Source: a virus
Lineage: Duplodnaviria; Caudoviricetes
Length of the DNA: 64,000 nucleotides
Virus record (IMG/VR): IMGVR_UViG_3300046167_000724
Strand: one strand, 5' to 3'
The notes under the pieces: model-generated
The model's database searches: none
Seen by the model: only the letters and a program-made list of their open reading frames with translations
What the model was told of the DNA's origin: nothing
Position numbers and translations under genes: made by a program
Shown: in pieces, positions 36,961-46,087 of the stretch
Layout: each line of letters begins with the position of its first letter
Position numbering within the stretch: the stretch's first letter is position 1

Positions 36961-36983
36961 TCACCCTGGAAATTAAAAATATT

Positions 36984-37199
36984 ATGAATAAAAGAAACCG
37001 TCATCCCAATTACGTCAATGGCTACGAAGAGAAGATTGGCTACTGGCTTTACAAGGTCAACCAAGCTGTTGAGCAAGGTAGTGCTGAGAATCTCGAGTAT
37101 GCTAACCAGCGTCTTGTGTACTTCTTACAACGCCAGGAGACCTGGAAGAAAGAGACTGGCAACTTAAATGAGTATAAAATCAAAACTATCTACGGGTAA
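36984..37199 (+). CDS. Hypothetical early protein
   Basis: Start moved to MNKRNRHP downstream of the repeat. Confidence 0.65.
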   Translation: MNKRNRHPNYVNGYEEKIGYWLYKVNQAVEQGSAENLEYANQRLVYFLQRQETWKKETGNLNEYKIKTIYG

Positions 37200-37438
37200 T
37201 GAACAAAGAATTATTAGCAATCGAAGAGGAGCTTAACCAAATCGTGGTTAACCTAAGGCTAGAGAGCCTATACGACGAACCAGTTGGTGGATACTTACTT
37301 AATGCAGGTAGCCCAGCAGCGGACTTCTTATTAGAGTCTACTCCAAGTGAGCGTGAATTCATCCTTCATAAATTGGCACCTGAGCTAATAGTAGAAGATG
37401 TATATGAAGGTAATCATATAATTCTAAATCTTAAATAA
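37199..37438 (+). CDS. Hypothetical early protein
   Basis: TAATG coupling. Confidence 0.65.
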   Translation: MNKELLAIEEELNQIVVNLRLESLYDEPVGGYLLNAGSPAADFLLESTPSEREFILHKLAPELIVEDVYEGNHIILNLK

Positions 37439-37441
37439 ATT

Positions 37442-37759
37442 ATGGCATTATTAAAAAATAACAAAGGAGAGTACAACTACCAGTTTAACTGGGTTGATGA
37501 GAACTACAGCGTATGTGGATTCAACAGCGTATGGGCTACTAACAAGCGTGAGGCCCTTAAGAAGGCTAAAGCTATGGAGACCGAAGCACATTGGGCACTA
37601 TACGACGGTAACAAGTATGTAACGGTACCTGAGGAGGTTATAGGCGAGGGCCATTGCTTCCGTATGAAAGGTATGTATGTTCAAGTGGAATCTATGTATA
37701 AGGCCACTGCAGAGCAACGTGACCGTATGGACGAGATTGGCTGGATGATGACGAACTAA
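37442..37759 (+). CDS. Hypothetical early protein
   Basis: 105-aa ORF. Confidence 0.7.
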   Translation: MALLKNNKGEYNYQFNWVDENYSVCGFNSVWATNKREALKKAKAMETEAHWALYDGNKYVTVPEEVIGEGHCFRMKGMYVQVESMYKATAEQRDRMDEIGWMMTN

Positions 37760-37774
37760 AATTGTTAGTAACTA

Positions 37775-37827
37775 TTAGGCTAAAAGCTTTTTTATATCAA
37801 CTATTTTGCCTATATTTATAGTATAAT
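37775..37827 (+). promoter_or_regulatory. Class-1 promoter repeat
   Basis: ggctaaaagctttttttatatc...ttttgcctatatttatagt. Confidence 0.7.
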
Positions 37828-37842
37828 AAAAGAGAAAGCAAT

Positions 37843-38151
37843 ATGAACATTAAAGAACAAATCGAAAACTGGATTCCAGTAGCCCAGGCTAAATGTAACA
37901 GCTATTACTCAGAACAGTGGCAATCACAAGCTCCCGAGCTCACTATCAAATATGGACGTAAGTATGCCAAGATTATGGATGATGGCTCAACATGGGGCTT
38001 CATAGCCTTAACAGATGATCCTAGTAAAGGACAAGTTACAGGGGACCTTTTAAAGCCGGCTTCGTGGGCAACACCCACAAGACACTCGAGAGGTAACATA
38101 TTAAACGGTACAGCAGTGTACGATCAGTACGGACCAGCTTACTTAAAATAA
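37843..38151 (+). CDS. Conserved hypothetical phage protein
   Basis: GRKYAKI...WGFI...GDLLKPASWATP...RGNI motif. Confidence 0.75.
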   Translation: MNIKEQIENWIPVAQAKCNSYYSEQWQSQAPELTIKYGRKYAKIMDDGSTWGFIALTDDPSKGQVTGDLLKPASWATPTRHSRGNILNGTAVYDQYGPAYLK

Positions 38152-38220
38152 TTTGAAAATAAATGACTAAAAGCTTTTTTATGTCAATTATTTTGCCTAT
38201 ATTTACTATGTAATCAATCG
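38146..38220 (+). promoter_or_regulatory. Class-1 promoter repeat, long form
   Basis: Full copy. Confidence 0.75.
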
Positions 38221-38228
38221 TAATAAAT

Positions 38229-38465
38229 ATGAACTATATCAAATCATTCATCAATCGTAACCAGGGTCTCACAACCTTAATGGCTACCTTAATCATTTTA
38301 GCAACTGGGTGTATTCTATTGCCTATTGCAGTAACCCTAGCATGTAAGGCTCTCTTATACATGATTAACCAACCAGCTAACTCATTATACATTATAGGTG
38401 CCTACCTATTTGGTATATTAAGTAATGAGCTTGCAGGTGCGCTTGATAAAAAAGTTTCAAAATAA
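38229..38465 (+). CDS. Small membrane protein (2 TM)
   Basis: Two hydrophobic stretches. Confidence 0.65.
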   Translation: MNYIKSFINRNQGLTTLMATLIILATGCILLPIAVTLACKALLYMINQPANSLYIIGAYLFGILSNELAGALDKKVSK

Positions 38466-38526
38466 TTGACTAAAAGTTTTTTTATGTCAATCTTTTTGCC
38501 TATATTTACTATGTAATCAATCGGGG
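38459..38526 (+). promoter_or_regulatory. Class-1 promoter repeat
   Basis: Full copy. Confidence 0.75.
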
Positions 38527-38551
38527 AAACCCACTAAACAAATAATCGCTT

Positions 38552-38968
38552 ATGGCAACTATCAAAGAATTCAACAAAAGCAACCTCAACAGCCTTCGTC
38601 AAGACATGAACGCAGCACTTGCTAAACTAGAAAAGCAGTACGGTATTCAAATCAATGTAGGTAATGCAAGATTTAGTGACAATGAAGTTACTTTCAAAAC
38701 TAAATGTAACACTATCGGTGAAGGTGGAAAAGCCCAAACTAAAGAAGCCCAAAACTGGAAGCTATATGCAGAGCTTAATGGTGTAAGCCAATTCTCTATC
38801 GGTGACCGTATCGCCATCCAAGGTAAAATCTTCTCTATCGAAGGCTGGAACACACGTGCTAAGAAAGCCCCAGTAATGATTAAAGAAGTTGGCTCAAACA
38901 AAACCTTTAAATGTAGCGTACGCACTATAGCAGGTAAACTCCCTATGGTCAAAGAAACCATTAAATAA
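38552..38968 (+). CDS. Conserved hypothetical phage protein
   Basis: GIQINVGNARFSDNEVTFK...GWNTRAKKAPV. Confidence 0.75.
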   Translation: MATIKEFNKSNLNSLRQDMNAALAKLEKQYGIQINVGNARFSDNEVTFKTKCNTIGEGGKAQTKEAQNWKLYAELNGVSQFSIGDRIAIQGKIFSIEGWNTRAKKAPVMIKEVGSNKTFKCSVRTIAGKLPMVKETIK

Positions 38969-38982
38969 ACAACCCCCACAGA

Positions 38983-39011
38983 AAGCCCTATATAAAGCCT
39001 ATATAGGGCTT
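38983..39011. repeat. Perfect 12-bp inverted repeat
   Basis: aagccctatata-aagcc-tatatagggctt. Confidence 0.7.
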
Positions 39012-39048
39012 CCCATAAACAACCAATAATTAAAGCAATATATAAACC

Positions 39049-39204
39049 ATGAGTAAAACATTTGTATTCACACTAGAAAGAGACAACGGGTATACTTATA
39101 CGTATGAAGGGACATTCGAATCCCTAGCCCGACACATCGCAGCGCAAGATAGCCCAATTAAGGTTAACGGCGATAAGACAGCTTTCAACACTAAAGAGGC
39201 TTAA
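39049..39204 (+). CDS. 51-aa hypothetical protein (not in ORF track)
   Basis: MSKTFVFTLERDNGYTYTYEG... Confidence 0.5.
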   Translation: MSKTFVFTLERDNGYTYTYEGTFESLARHIAAQDSPIKVNGDKTAFNTKEA

Positions 39205-39870
39205 AGGCCCAATCCCCCAATTAAGGGAATGTCAACCCCCCACCCACATGTGCCAATGCGCATACTCAAGGGCTCCGGGGGCAAGTCCCCAATTTATAAA
39301 TTTTTGTGTGCAAGGGTTAGGGTACCACATGACAACTAATAATAAGCAATAGGTGATAAAGAATGTGCAATATGCTAATTAACTATCACACCCCATGAAA
39401 GCTTAAAATTACCCTTGTAGGTAAATGAACCCAAGCAACGCTAATAGGAGACCCCCGATACTTAGAGCCTAGGGTTTCCCTGGAAAAAACTTAGAAAAAA
39501 AGAAGTCGCCCCTACAAAAAAAATTGGGCGCCCCGTAAAAGGGGTAAAATACCCCCGAAGCGACCGTGAACTAACGGTCGATACCCATACGATACTAGGA
39601 GCTACTCAGAGTACCCATAAACTACTGGAACCCAGAGTGTTAGACAAATACCCTCCGGTAAGTCCTCTAACCATCTGAACGGCCAGGGGCCCCTTAAAAC
39701 AGGCGAAGCCAATTGAGTTCCAGACCGATACTAAAAGAATTAAAAGAACCCAGAGTACTCAAAGCACTCAGAGTAACTGCCAGACCCACAGTACGGCGTG
39801 AAGCCAGGTCAGTGTGCTTGCAAGGGCCGAGTGCCCCTGAAACAAAAAATAATTAACCCGTATAATAAGG
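39205..39870. other. GC-richer non-coding block with hairpins and short direct repeats
   Basis: Hairpins at 39507-39530, 39541-39555 and 39561-39580; five AC(C/T)CA(G/C)AGT copies at 39604-39794. Confidence 0.6.
39838..39866 (+). promoter_or_regulatory. Class-2 promoter candidate
   Basis: TGAAACA-N16-TATAAT. Confidence 0.55.
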
Positions 39871-39907
39871 GTGTCCCAAAAGAGGCGACGCCGAAACTTA
39901 AAGTAGT

Positions 39908-40267
39908 ATGACAATAACACACGACAGTGATACCGGGCCGACACTAACAGGACCTATGAGTAGACAAGAGTTTTTAAAAACATTACAGACCCAGATAGGA
40001 CGTGTAGAGTTTATTGAAAGGAATAAGAGTAACAACCCGATACACCCTTATAGTAAACTCGGAGAGGGTTACATCATTATGCAACTGGGAGAGTTCTTCC
40101 CGGTACTATACGATAGTGTAAGAAACCCCGAGGCTTATATGTCAGCTACCGGTGGTTGGGGTATTGTAGTGGGCCGTCATAACGGTGCAGGGGATTTCTT
40201 TACGGTTCCTGTAAGTTGGGAGGGTGTGCTCTCGGTCATTGAAAGTAACTACAAGGCTCTCGGCTAA
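39908..40267 (+). CDS. Hypothetical protein
   Basis: 119-aa ORF after class-2 motif. Confidence 0.6.
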   Translation: MTITHDSDTGPTLTGPMSRQEFLKTLQTQIGRVEFIERNKSNNPIHPYSKLGEGYIIMQLGEFFPVLYDSVRNPEAYMSATGGWGIVVGRHNGAGDFFTVPVSWEGVLSVIESNYKALG

Positions 40268-40292
40268 GGGGGCCAATAATATTAGGCAAAAT

Positions 40293-40445
40293 ATGGATTG
40301 GTTTGAATCACTTGGTATGATGAATAAAATAGGCACTACAGTTATATTAGCGGCAATTGCATCTGTTACAGTTTGCATGGTAGTAGTATTAATTGATATA
40401 GTACAAAGCGGCTGGCGCTACTTAATGAATAAATTGAAAAAATAA
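40293..40445 (+). CDS. Small membrane protein
   Basis: Start moved to MDWFESLG; one TM helix. Confidence 0.5.
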   Translation: MDWFESLGMMNKIGTTVILAAIASVTVCMVVVLIDIVQSGWRYLMNKLKK

Positions 40446-40622
40446 AAAATTAAAAAAATCAATTATTTATTTAGGGTACAAAAATTTCCCTATGCAGAAA
40501 ATCTTAAGGTTTATTTAAATATCGGTACATTGTGTGTAAATGTGGCGGAGTTAATTGAAAAATTAAAAAATTAAAAAAATCAATTATTTATTTGGTGGTC
40601 TAAAATTTCCCTTCGCTGAAAT
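40437..40622. repeat. Two ~65-bp imperfect direct repeats, 120-bp period
   Basis: aaaaattaaaaaaatcaattatttattt...aaaatttccct at ~40437 and ~40557. Confidence 0.75.
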
Positions 40623-40666
40623 AATTTTTTTTAATTTTAAAAACTTAAAGAATCGGTGGACTGAGA

Positions 40667-40696
40667 TGAAACATTCTTTGTTTAATTAACTATAAC
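40667..40696 (+). promoter_or_regulatory. Class-2 promoter candidate
   Basis: TGAAACA-N17-TATAAC. Confidence 0.55.
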
Positions 40697-40723
40697 TATA
40701 ATAGTAATAACAATAAACATAAT

Positions 40724-40951
40724 ATGGAAGATAACATTAACGAAGTAAAAATTGTTCAAGGTGACGTTTTAGCGATGACCTTTTTAACAAAAGTTTTTAA
40801 CGAGGATGCGGAAACTGTTGCGGCAGTTTTAGCAGCGATGGCCGCGGGTGACCGTGATGAAATAATTAATCTAACAGTTGAGAAGAACCTAACCGATGAC
40901 CTAATTGAAAATGCAATTATGCAGTTTCATGCGACTAAAAAGAATTTATAA
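40724..40951 (+). CDS. Hypothetical protein
   Basis: 75-aa ORF. Confidence 0.65.
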   Translation: MEDNINEVKIVQGDVLAMTFLTKVFNEDAETVAAVLAAMAAGDRDEIINLTVEKNLTDDLIENAIMQFHATKKNL

Positions 40952-40973
40952 CGGTTAATATACTCTTAAAAGA

Positions 40974-41378
40974 ATGGTAGAAGTTAACTATACATATCAT
41001 GCAGAAGTTGTACGAGTTGTAGATGGTGATACTGTCATTGCTAACGTCGATGTTGGCTTTGATATGTGGAAGCGTTGTAATATTAGATTACATGGGATTA
41101 ATACACCTGAAACTAGAACACGTGATCTTGAAGAAAAAGAAGCTGGGTTAAAAGCTAAAGACCGTCTTATTGAATTATTACAGGCTACTGATAATAAATT
41201 TATATTAAAATCAATGGGGCTAGATAAGTATGGTAGATCTTTGGGTGTTATTTACGCGGGATATCAAGATATCAAACCGTGGGATGACTCTTCAGAATCG
41301 CGTCCAGTATTCCTTAGTTTAAATGAACTATTAATAACAGAAGGATTGGCCGTAGCATACTTCGGTGGAAAAAGATAA
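40974..41378 (+). CDS. Thermonuclease (SNase-like)
   Basis: VVRVVDGDT, IRLHGINTPE, DKYGRSL. Confidence 0.9.
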   Translation: MVEVNYTYHAEVVRVVDGDTVIANVDVGFDMWKRCNIRLHGINTPETRTRDLEEKEAGLKAKDRLIELLQATDNKFILKSMGLDKYGRSLGVIYAGYQDIKPWDDSSESRPVFLSLNELLITEGLAVAYFGGKR

Positions 41379-41397
41379 AAATTAAAAAAATAAAATT

Positions 41398-41799
41398 ATG
41401 GAATTTTTAAAAAAACTATTTAACTTCTCAGGTACTATTAGTGGTGTTGATTTTCTCATCAGATGGGTTTCTTCAATAATCCTACAATGGCCGGGTGGAT
41501 TTTTAATCGGATATGGTATTGTCTCTGGAATTATGGGACTTACAATGTTGGGCGTGCTTATAGCATGTGTTGGTATTGTATTACAATTTTCAACATTAAG
41601 AAAAAGAGCTAGGGCATTATTCACTGATAATAACGACCTACATTTTTATATTGTATATTTGATACTTAGTATTATACAAGGTTTTACAAACGATATGGAA
41701 CTTATAATTTCAATACCTATTAATATTTTAGTGTTGATTGTATTTAGTATAGCTTTGTTTAAAAACTCTGGTATTTCACCTGATTCACATTTAGGTTAA
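41398..41799 (+). CDS. DUF805-like inner-membrane protein
   Basis: FNFSGTIS, four hydrophobic segments, LRKRARAL. Confidence 0.6.
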   Translation: MEFLKKLFNFSGTISGVDFLIRWVSSIILQWPGGFLIGYGIVSGIMGLTMLGVLIACVGIVLQFSTLRKRARALFTDNNDLHFYIVYLILSIIQGFTNDMELIISIPINILVLIVFSIALFKNSGISPDSHLG

Positions 41800-41925
41800 T
41801 TAAATGACTATCAATAGAGGCAAAATGCAATATTATAATAAATTTTAAAATATTACAAGATATATAACATAACGAATTTGTTTCCACTCCGGTAAGAAAT
41901 ATATGTTCAAATATTTGTTCAAGTC

Positions 41926-41963
41926 AAAACCCTAACGCCAAACCCGTTAGGGTTTTCTTTTTT
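41926..41963 (+). terminator. Intrinsic terminator
   Basis: aaaaccctaacg-loop-cgttagggtttt then T-run. Confidence 0.8.
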
Positions 41964-41965
41964 TA

Positions 41966-41994
41966 TAAACAAAAATAACATTTCACCGTATAAC
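41966..41994 (+). promoter_or_regulatory. Class-2 promoter candidate
   Basis: TAAACA-N17-TATAAC. Confidence 0.5.
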
Positions 41995-42018
41995 ATTAGT
42001 AATTAAAAATATTATACT

Positions 42019-42687
42019 ATGAAATTCAATAAGCCCGATAAAGCAACTGATGCATGGCAAATCATGCGCATTCAAGCAGAATTTACAAAAGGCTTTGATA
42101 CCTTTAATAAATTAGGACCATGTGTATCTGTATTCGGTTCAGCAAGAACTTCAAAAAAAGATAAATGGTACAAAGAGGCACGTAAGTTTGGTGGCCTAAT
42201 GGCAGAATCAAATATTGGCGTTATCTCAGGTGGTGGTCCAGGTATTATGGAGGCTGTTAATCAAGGCTGCCAAGAAGCTGGTGGTGTTTCGGTTGGCGTG
42301 GGTATTGAATTACCATTTGAGGCTGAAATGAATCCTTATATTAATGTAGGTGTGGAGAATAGATACTTCTTTACACGTAAAGTCATGTTCATGAAATATT
42401 CTCAAGGATATGTAGTCTTTCCAGGCGGGCTCGGTACACTCGATGAGCTATTTGAAGCACTTACATTAATTCAATGTAGTCATATACAAACGCAACCAAT
42501 TGTACTTGTAGGTAAGAAATACTGGGAAGGTCTTATGGATTGGTTAATGAATATGGTTAATGCATCTGGTAGAATGAGCTTGAAAGACTTTGATTTATTC
42601 AGAATCGTGGATTCTGCTGAAGAAGCTGCTGAAAAGATTAATGAATATCATGATAAATTCAATCCGGAAAGTAGCGTAAACTTTTAA
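42019..42687 (+). CDS. LOG-family nucleotide phosphoribohydrolase (TIGR00730-like)
   Basis: VFGSAR, SGGGPGIMEA, FFTRK, PGGLGTLDE. Confidence 0.9.
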   Translation: MKFNKPDKATDAWQIMRIQAEFTKGFDTFNKLGPCVSVFGSARTSKKDKWYKEARKFGGLMAESNIGVISGGGPGIMEAVNQGCQEAGGVSVGVGIELPFEAEMNPYINVGVENRYFFTRKVMFMKYSQGYVVFPGGLGTLDELFEALTLIQCSHIQTQPIVLVGKKYWEGLMDWLMNMVNASGRMSLKDFDLFRIVDSAEEAAEKINEYHDKFNPESSVNF

Positions 42688-42690
42688 TCT

Positions 42691-43149
42691 ATGAAATTTA
42701 GGAGGCTTACAGATTCAGTGCAAATAAATCTAGGTGAATATTTAAAAAAATATATAGACGAAGTGGGTGCTGAAAATGTTAGACTTTATATTGGTTGTGA
42801 TAGCCAAAATAAAAAGTCATGGACAAGTTACGCAACTACGGTAGTTATACATATTGGCAACACGGGTTGTCATGTACTCTATCAACGTGAGCGTATATCA
42901 CCTAGAATAAATGACTTCTGGACCAGGCTATGGAGAGAAGTTGAACGTTCGGTTGAAGTTGCACTATACCTACAAGAATACAATATAATTGTAGACAATA
43001 TAGATTTAGACCTAAACTCAGACCCTAATATGAAATCACATAAGTTGGTTTCAGCAGCTCGTGGTTATGTTGAGTCATTAGGTATTAAGGCTAATATTAA
43101 ACCTGAATTATTACCAGCTATTTGCGCTGCTGATAATATAGTTAAATAA
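42691..43149 (+). CDS. RNase H-like YkuK/DUF458 family protein
   Basis: YIGCDSQ, RLWREVERS, DLDLN...KS, ICAAD. Confidence 0.8.
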   Translation: MKFRRLTDSVQINLGEYLKKYIDEVGAENVRLYIGCDSQNKKSWTSYATTVVIHIGNTGCHVLYQRERISPRINDFWTRLWREVERSVEVALYLQEYNIIVDNIDLDLNSDPNMKSHKLVSAARGYVESLGIKANIKPELLPAICAADNIVK

Positions 43150-43150
43150 A

Positions 43151-43178
43151 TAAACATAATCGGCTTTCGCCATATAAT
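43151..43178 (+). promoter_or_regulatory. Class-2 promoter candidate
   Basis: TAAACA-N16-TATAAT. Confidence 0.5.
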
Positions 43179-43201
43179 AATAAAATAAATTAAGCACATA
43201 T

Positions 43202-45211
43202 ATGAATCCAGATCCTTACGATAATAATAGTGGTAAAAAACCAATTAAAAAATTAGGTAAGACTCCATTTATTGATCAGTTTGGTGAAGACTTAACGGAA
43301 CTTGCAAAGAACGGTAAATTAGACCGCATCATTGGACGTGACGCTGAAATTCTTCGCATTTGTCAAATTCTTGCACGTCGCAAGAAAAACAACCCAATCA
43401 TCTTAGGTGAACCTGGTGTTGGTAAAACCGCTATTGTGGAAGCTATAGCTCAACGTATTATTGAAGGTAAAGTTGCGCGCACCCTTATTGGTAAGCGCCT
43501 TGTATCTCTTAATATGACAATCATTGTTGCAGGTACTAAATACCGTGGTGAGTTTGAAGAGCGCATGAAAAACATCGTTGATGAACTTAAGGCTAATCCT
43601 AACATTATTTGTTTCATCGATGAAATTCACACAATCGTTGGTGCAGGTGGTGTTTCAGGTTCATTAGATGCTTCGAACATTCTTAAGCCGGCTTTAGCAC
43701 GTGGTCAAGTACAATGTATTGGCGCAACTACTCTTGACGAGTACCGTGAGAATATTGAAGATGATGGTGCACTTACACGTCGCTTCCAAGAAGTATTCAT
43801 TGAATCACCTTCTGTTGAAGACACTATTGAAATTCTAAAACGCATTAAAGACAAGTATGAAGACCACCATGCGGTTGAGTACACTGAGGATGCCATTGAA
43901 GCATGTGCTAAGCTAACTGACCGTTATATTACCTCACGTGAATTACCGGACAAGGCAATTGACTTAATGGATGAAGCTGGTGCTAAATTACACTTAGAAG
44001 AAGTTAAGGTCCCTAATTCTATTAAGAAGATTGAAATTACTGCAGAAGAACTAAAAGAAAAGAAACTTAACAGTGTTAAAGAACAGGACTACGAAAAAGC
44101 AGCAACATTTCGTGACAAAGAAATGACAAAGCGTAAAGAGCTTGATAGTGCTATTGTAGCTTGGGAAAAGTCGCTGAATGAGAATCGCAAAAAAGTTACA
44201 TTCGATATTATTGCAGAAACACTATCACAACAAACTGGAATTCCACTTTCACGCCTTTCGGGCGATGAGCATAAAATGATTAAGCAATTAGGTATTGAAC
44301 TTAAAAAGCAAATTATTGGACAAGACCAAGCCGTTGAAGTATTATCAAATGTTATTAAGCGCTCACGTGCTGGTGTATCATCTTATAAGAAACCAATTGG
44401 TTCGTTTATGTTCTTAGGACCAACCGGTGTTGGTAAAACTGAAACGGTTAAAGCACTTACACGCTATATGTTTGGTACTGAAGATAGCATGATTAGAATT
44501 GATATGTCTGAATACCAAGAAAAACACAATGTTGCACGCTTAACCGGTGCGCCTCCGGGATATGTTGGGTTTGAAGATGGTGGCCAATTAACTGAGGCTG
44601 TGAGACGCAAGCCTTATTCTGTAGTCTTGTTTGATGAAATTGAGAAAGCTCACCCAGACACGTTTAATATACTTCTACAGGTACTTGATGATGGTCGCTT
44701 AACGGATTCTTTAGGTAGAGTTGTAGATTTCACAAATACTATTATTGTAATGACATCAAACGTAGGTGCTAAGAAAGCTGCTGAGTTTGGTTCAGGTATT
44801 GGATTCTCAAGTAAATCATCTATTGCATCTGATACTGCAAAAATTGAATCAATCATTGATAAAGAACTTAAGAATAAGTTTACACCTGAGTTTTTAAATA
44901 GACTTGACGAAACTGTTTTGTTTAATCAACTTTCAAGTGAAGATATGATTAAGATTGTAGATATCGAATTAGACCAAGTTAACGAAAGAATGCTTGAGCA
45001 AGATATTGAACTTAAATTCACTAAGGTTGCCAAGGAGTTTCTAATGACTGAGGGATATGACCCAGCATACGGTGCACGTCCTCTTAAAAGGGCAGTGCAG
45101 AAGTACGTTGAAGATATTGTAGCAGATGGTATTTTAGATGGTAAAATTCTTAGTGGAAACACATATACTATCACATATAAGAAAGGTTCTGATAAACTTT
45201 TTGTAAAATAA
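43202..45211 (+). CDS. clpC: ClpC-type AAA+ unfoldase lacking the N-terminal repeat domain
   Basis: Two Walker A motifs (GEPGVGKT, GPTGVGKT), YRGEFEER, UVR-like middle, GIGF ClpP-docking loop, YGARPL. Confidence 0.9.
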   Translation: MNPDPYDNNSGKKPIKKLGKTPFIDQFGEDLTELAKNGKLDRIIGRDAEILRICQILARRKKNNPIILGEPGVGKTAIVEAIAQRIIEGKVARTLIGKRLVSLNMTIIVAGTKYRGEFEERMKNIVDELKANPNIICFIDEIHTIVGAGGVSGSLDASNILKPALARGQVQCIGATTLDEYRENIEDDGALTRRFQEVFIESPSVEDTIEILKRIKDKYEDHHAVEYTEDAIEACAKLTDRYITSRELPDKAIDLMDEAGAKLHLEEVKVPNSIKKIEITAEELKEKKLNSVKEQDYEKAATFRDKEMTKRKELDSAIVAWEKSLNENRKKVTFDIIAETLSQQTGIPLSRLSGDEHKMIKQLGIELKKQIIGQDQAVEVLSNVIKRSRAGVSSYKKPIGSFMFLGPTGVGKTETVKALTRYMFGTEDSMIRIDMSEYQEKHNVARLTGAPPGYVGFEDGGQLTEAVRRKPYSVVLFDEIEKAHPDTFNILLQVLDDGRLTDSLGRVVDFTNTIIVMTSNVGAKKAAEFGSGIGFSSKSSIASDTAKIESIIDKELKNKFTPEFLNRLDETVLFNQLSSEDMIKIVDIELDQVNERMLEQDIELKFTKVAKEFLMTEGYDPAYGARPLKRAVQKYVEDIVADGILDGKILSGNTYTITYKKGSDKLFVK

Positions 45212-45244
45212 TCATATAATAAGTGATTATAATAACAACACAAT

Positions 45245-46087
45245 ATGTTTAACGATACATTCAAAAAAATTATTAAAGATATCAAACAAGATGGTCAACT
45301 CTCTCAACCTCGCGATATGCAGGTTAGAGAGTTAACTATTGACCAGCGAGAGTTTGACCCTAAATTCACAATTGCAGATTTCAAATCACGCGCATTTAAT
45401 TACAAGTACTTTGCAGGCGAACTTGCGTGGTACCTAATGAAAGACCGTGACATTGATTACATCTCAAAGTTCTCAGGCTTCTGGAAACACATCACAAACC
45501 CAGACACTAACGAAATTAATTCAAACTATGGTTCACTAATTTTCAATGACCAACTACAATGGGTTATTGATTCACTTAAAGCTGATAAGAATACACGTCA
45601 AGCGATTGCATTCTTAAATCAACCTAAGTACCAATTTGAAGGTAATAAAGATTTCGTATGTACAATGTATCTTAATTTCTTTATTCGCAATAACAAGTTA
45701 AATATGAAAGTGCAAATGCGCTCAAATGATATCTTTTATGGATTGACATTTGATGCACCTTTCTTTTCTTTTGTATACCAGCATGTTCTTATGGAACTAC
45801 AGGTAAATTATCCAAATCTAGACTTTGGTACTTATTACCATTGTGCTGATAATATTCACTTCTATGAGCGTCACTTTGAATTAGCTGATAAGATTTTAGA
45901 TGAAGGTCGATATGATATTAACCCAACAGAGGTTAGAGTTAAATTGCCGTTATTCAAAATAGAAAATGGTGAATGTATTATAACACACGTTGGCAATGAA
46001 TACATTAAAGAAGTAAACGCTTTAGTTGAAGCTGAAGCAACGCAAGAACAATATAAAGAATTATTATACAAATACGTACTAGCATAA
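45245..46087 (+). CDS. Thymidylate synthase-family enzyme, possibly dCMP (hydroxy)methylase
   Basis: NSNYG, TRQA, VCT catalytic Cys, MRSNDIFYGLTFDA, NIHFYERH. Confidence 0.8.
   Translation: MFNDTFKKIIKDIKQDGQLSQPRDMQVRELTIDQREFDPKFTIADFKSRAFNYKYFAGELAWYLMKDRDIDYISKFSGFWKHITNPDTNEINSNYGSLIFNDQLQWVIDSLKADKNTRQAIAFLNQPKYQFEGNKDFVCTMYLNFFIRNNKLNMKVQMRSNDIFYGLTFDAPFFSFVYQHVLMELQVNYPNLDFGTYYHCADNIHFYERHFELADKILDEGRYDINPTEVRVKLPLFKIENGECIITHVGNEYIKEVNALVEAEATQEQYKELLYKYVLA

Noticed and set aside
29457-38526. Repeats as a CRISPR array
   Set aside because: Intervening segments are 300-3400 bp and contain whole genes; orientation flips; no cas genes; each repeat sits just upstream of a start codon
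45245-46087. Gene symbol thyA
   Set aside because: The specificity residue is Asp rather than Asn, so dUMP activity is not assured
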